From the IMG/VR virus record IMGVR_UViG_3300011442_000010, positions 5,948 to 69,947 of that record: a stretch of 64,000 nucleotides of DNA. One strand, written 5' to 3'. Of the stretch, positions 63,561 through 64,000 are shown in pieces; position 1 is the stretch's first letter; every line of letters starts with the position of its first letter. The translations under genes and the position numbers were made by a program. Below the pieces are notes generated by a model that was given only the letters and a program-made list of their open reading frames with translations, was not told where the DNA came from and made no database searches. This DNA comes from a virus. Its lineage: Duplodnaviria > Caudoviricetes.

Positions 63561-63973
63561 GTATCGCTGACATCTTCGGCGGAAGTGTAATCGGGGGAGT
63601 AAAGGATCTCATCTCCCAATTCCACGCCTCGCCGGAAGACAAGCTCAAAATGCAGGAGATGATCGACGTCAACGCTGCGGTAGTTGCTCAAGCTCAGATC
63701 TCCTATGATGAGAAGCTAAACGACATCGCTGGACAGAATATCCGCTCAGAGACAGGTAGCAGTGATAAATTTACCTCCCGAGCGAGGCCGTTTTTTCTCT
63801 ACGTCATGGCCCTTGCGATTGGCTTTAACATCTTCCTCCCACTCGCAAGTCAGATCTTCGGCGGCCACATCCAGCCCCTCCCTATCGACGCAGGCTACAT
63901 CAGCCTCTTCAGCACAGCGTTTTTAGGATACACCGCAGCAAGATCTTATGAAAAATCGAAAGGCGTAGCATAA
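63551..63973 (+). CDS. Holin (3TM/GTA-type)
   Basis: Start ATG 63551; SDKFTSRARPF, two TM helices, FLGYTAARSYEK. Confidence 0.85.
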   Translation: MGISIADIFGGSVIGGVKDLISQFHASPEDKLKMQEMIDVNAAVVAQAQISYDEKLNDIAGQNIRSETGSSDKFTSRARPFFLYVMALAIGFNIFLPLASQIFGGHIQPLPIDAGYISLFSTAFLGYTAARSYEKSKGVA

Positions 63974-64000
63974 GTTGAAACATTTCTTTTCAGTAGTTCA

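Overview
The whole window is one dsDNA tailed-phage genome segment with podovirus-like organisation; no host genes are recognisable. The + strand carries the late genes. At 51.8-64 kb these are terminase, Thr/Ala/Gly-rich virion proteins, portal, a histidine phosphatase, scaffold, N4-gp56-type major capsid, lysozyme and holin. At 1-7.5 kb they are a T7 gp13/14/15/16-like set of putative ejection proteins followed by a tyrosine recombinase whose catalytic Tyr is Phe. The - strand (7.6-51 kb) carries early/middle genes. These include nucleotide-pool enzymes, a DUF3987-like helicase, a UDG-PolA fusion, a JAB isopeptidase, a Sak4/SSB/Cas4-like recombination module, two HNH nucleases and a macrodomain. 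The most striking part is a roughly 17.6 kb expanded phiEco32-type amide/peptide-modification island (23.4-41 kb). It has three COOH-NH2 ligase paralogues, an ATP-grasp ligase, a class-II glutamine amidotransferase that needs an ATC start, a gamma-glutamylcyclotransferase, five CCG-motif GNAT-like paralogues, a divergent peptide deformylase, an ECF-like sigma factor and an RNA-ligase-like protein lacking its catalytic Lys. Non-coding signals are seven copies of a 23-bp pseudo-palindrome, a TGTATATAG/TGTACAT candidate phage-sigma promoter motif, several terminators and a 159-nt strongly structured RNA candidate. All family assignments come from motif recognition by eye; no database searches were run.
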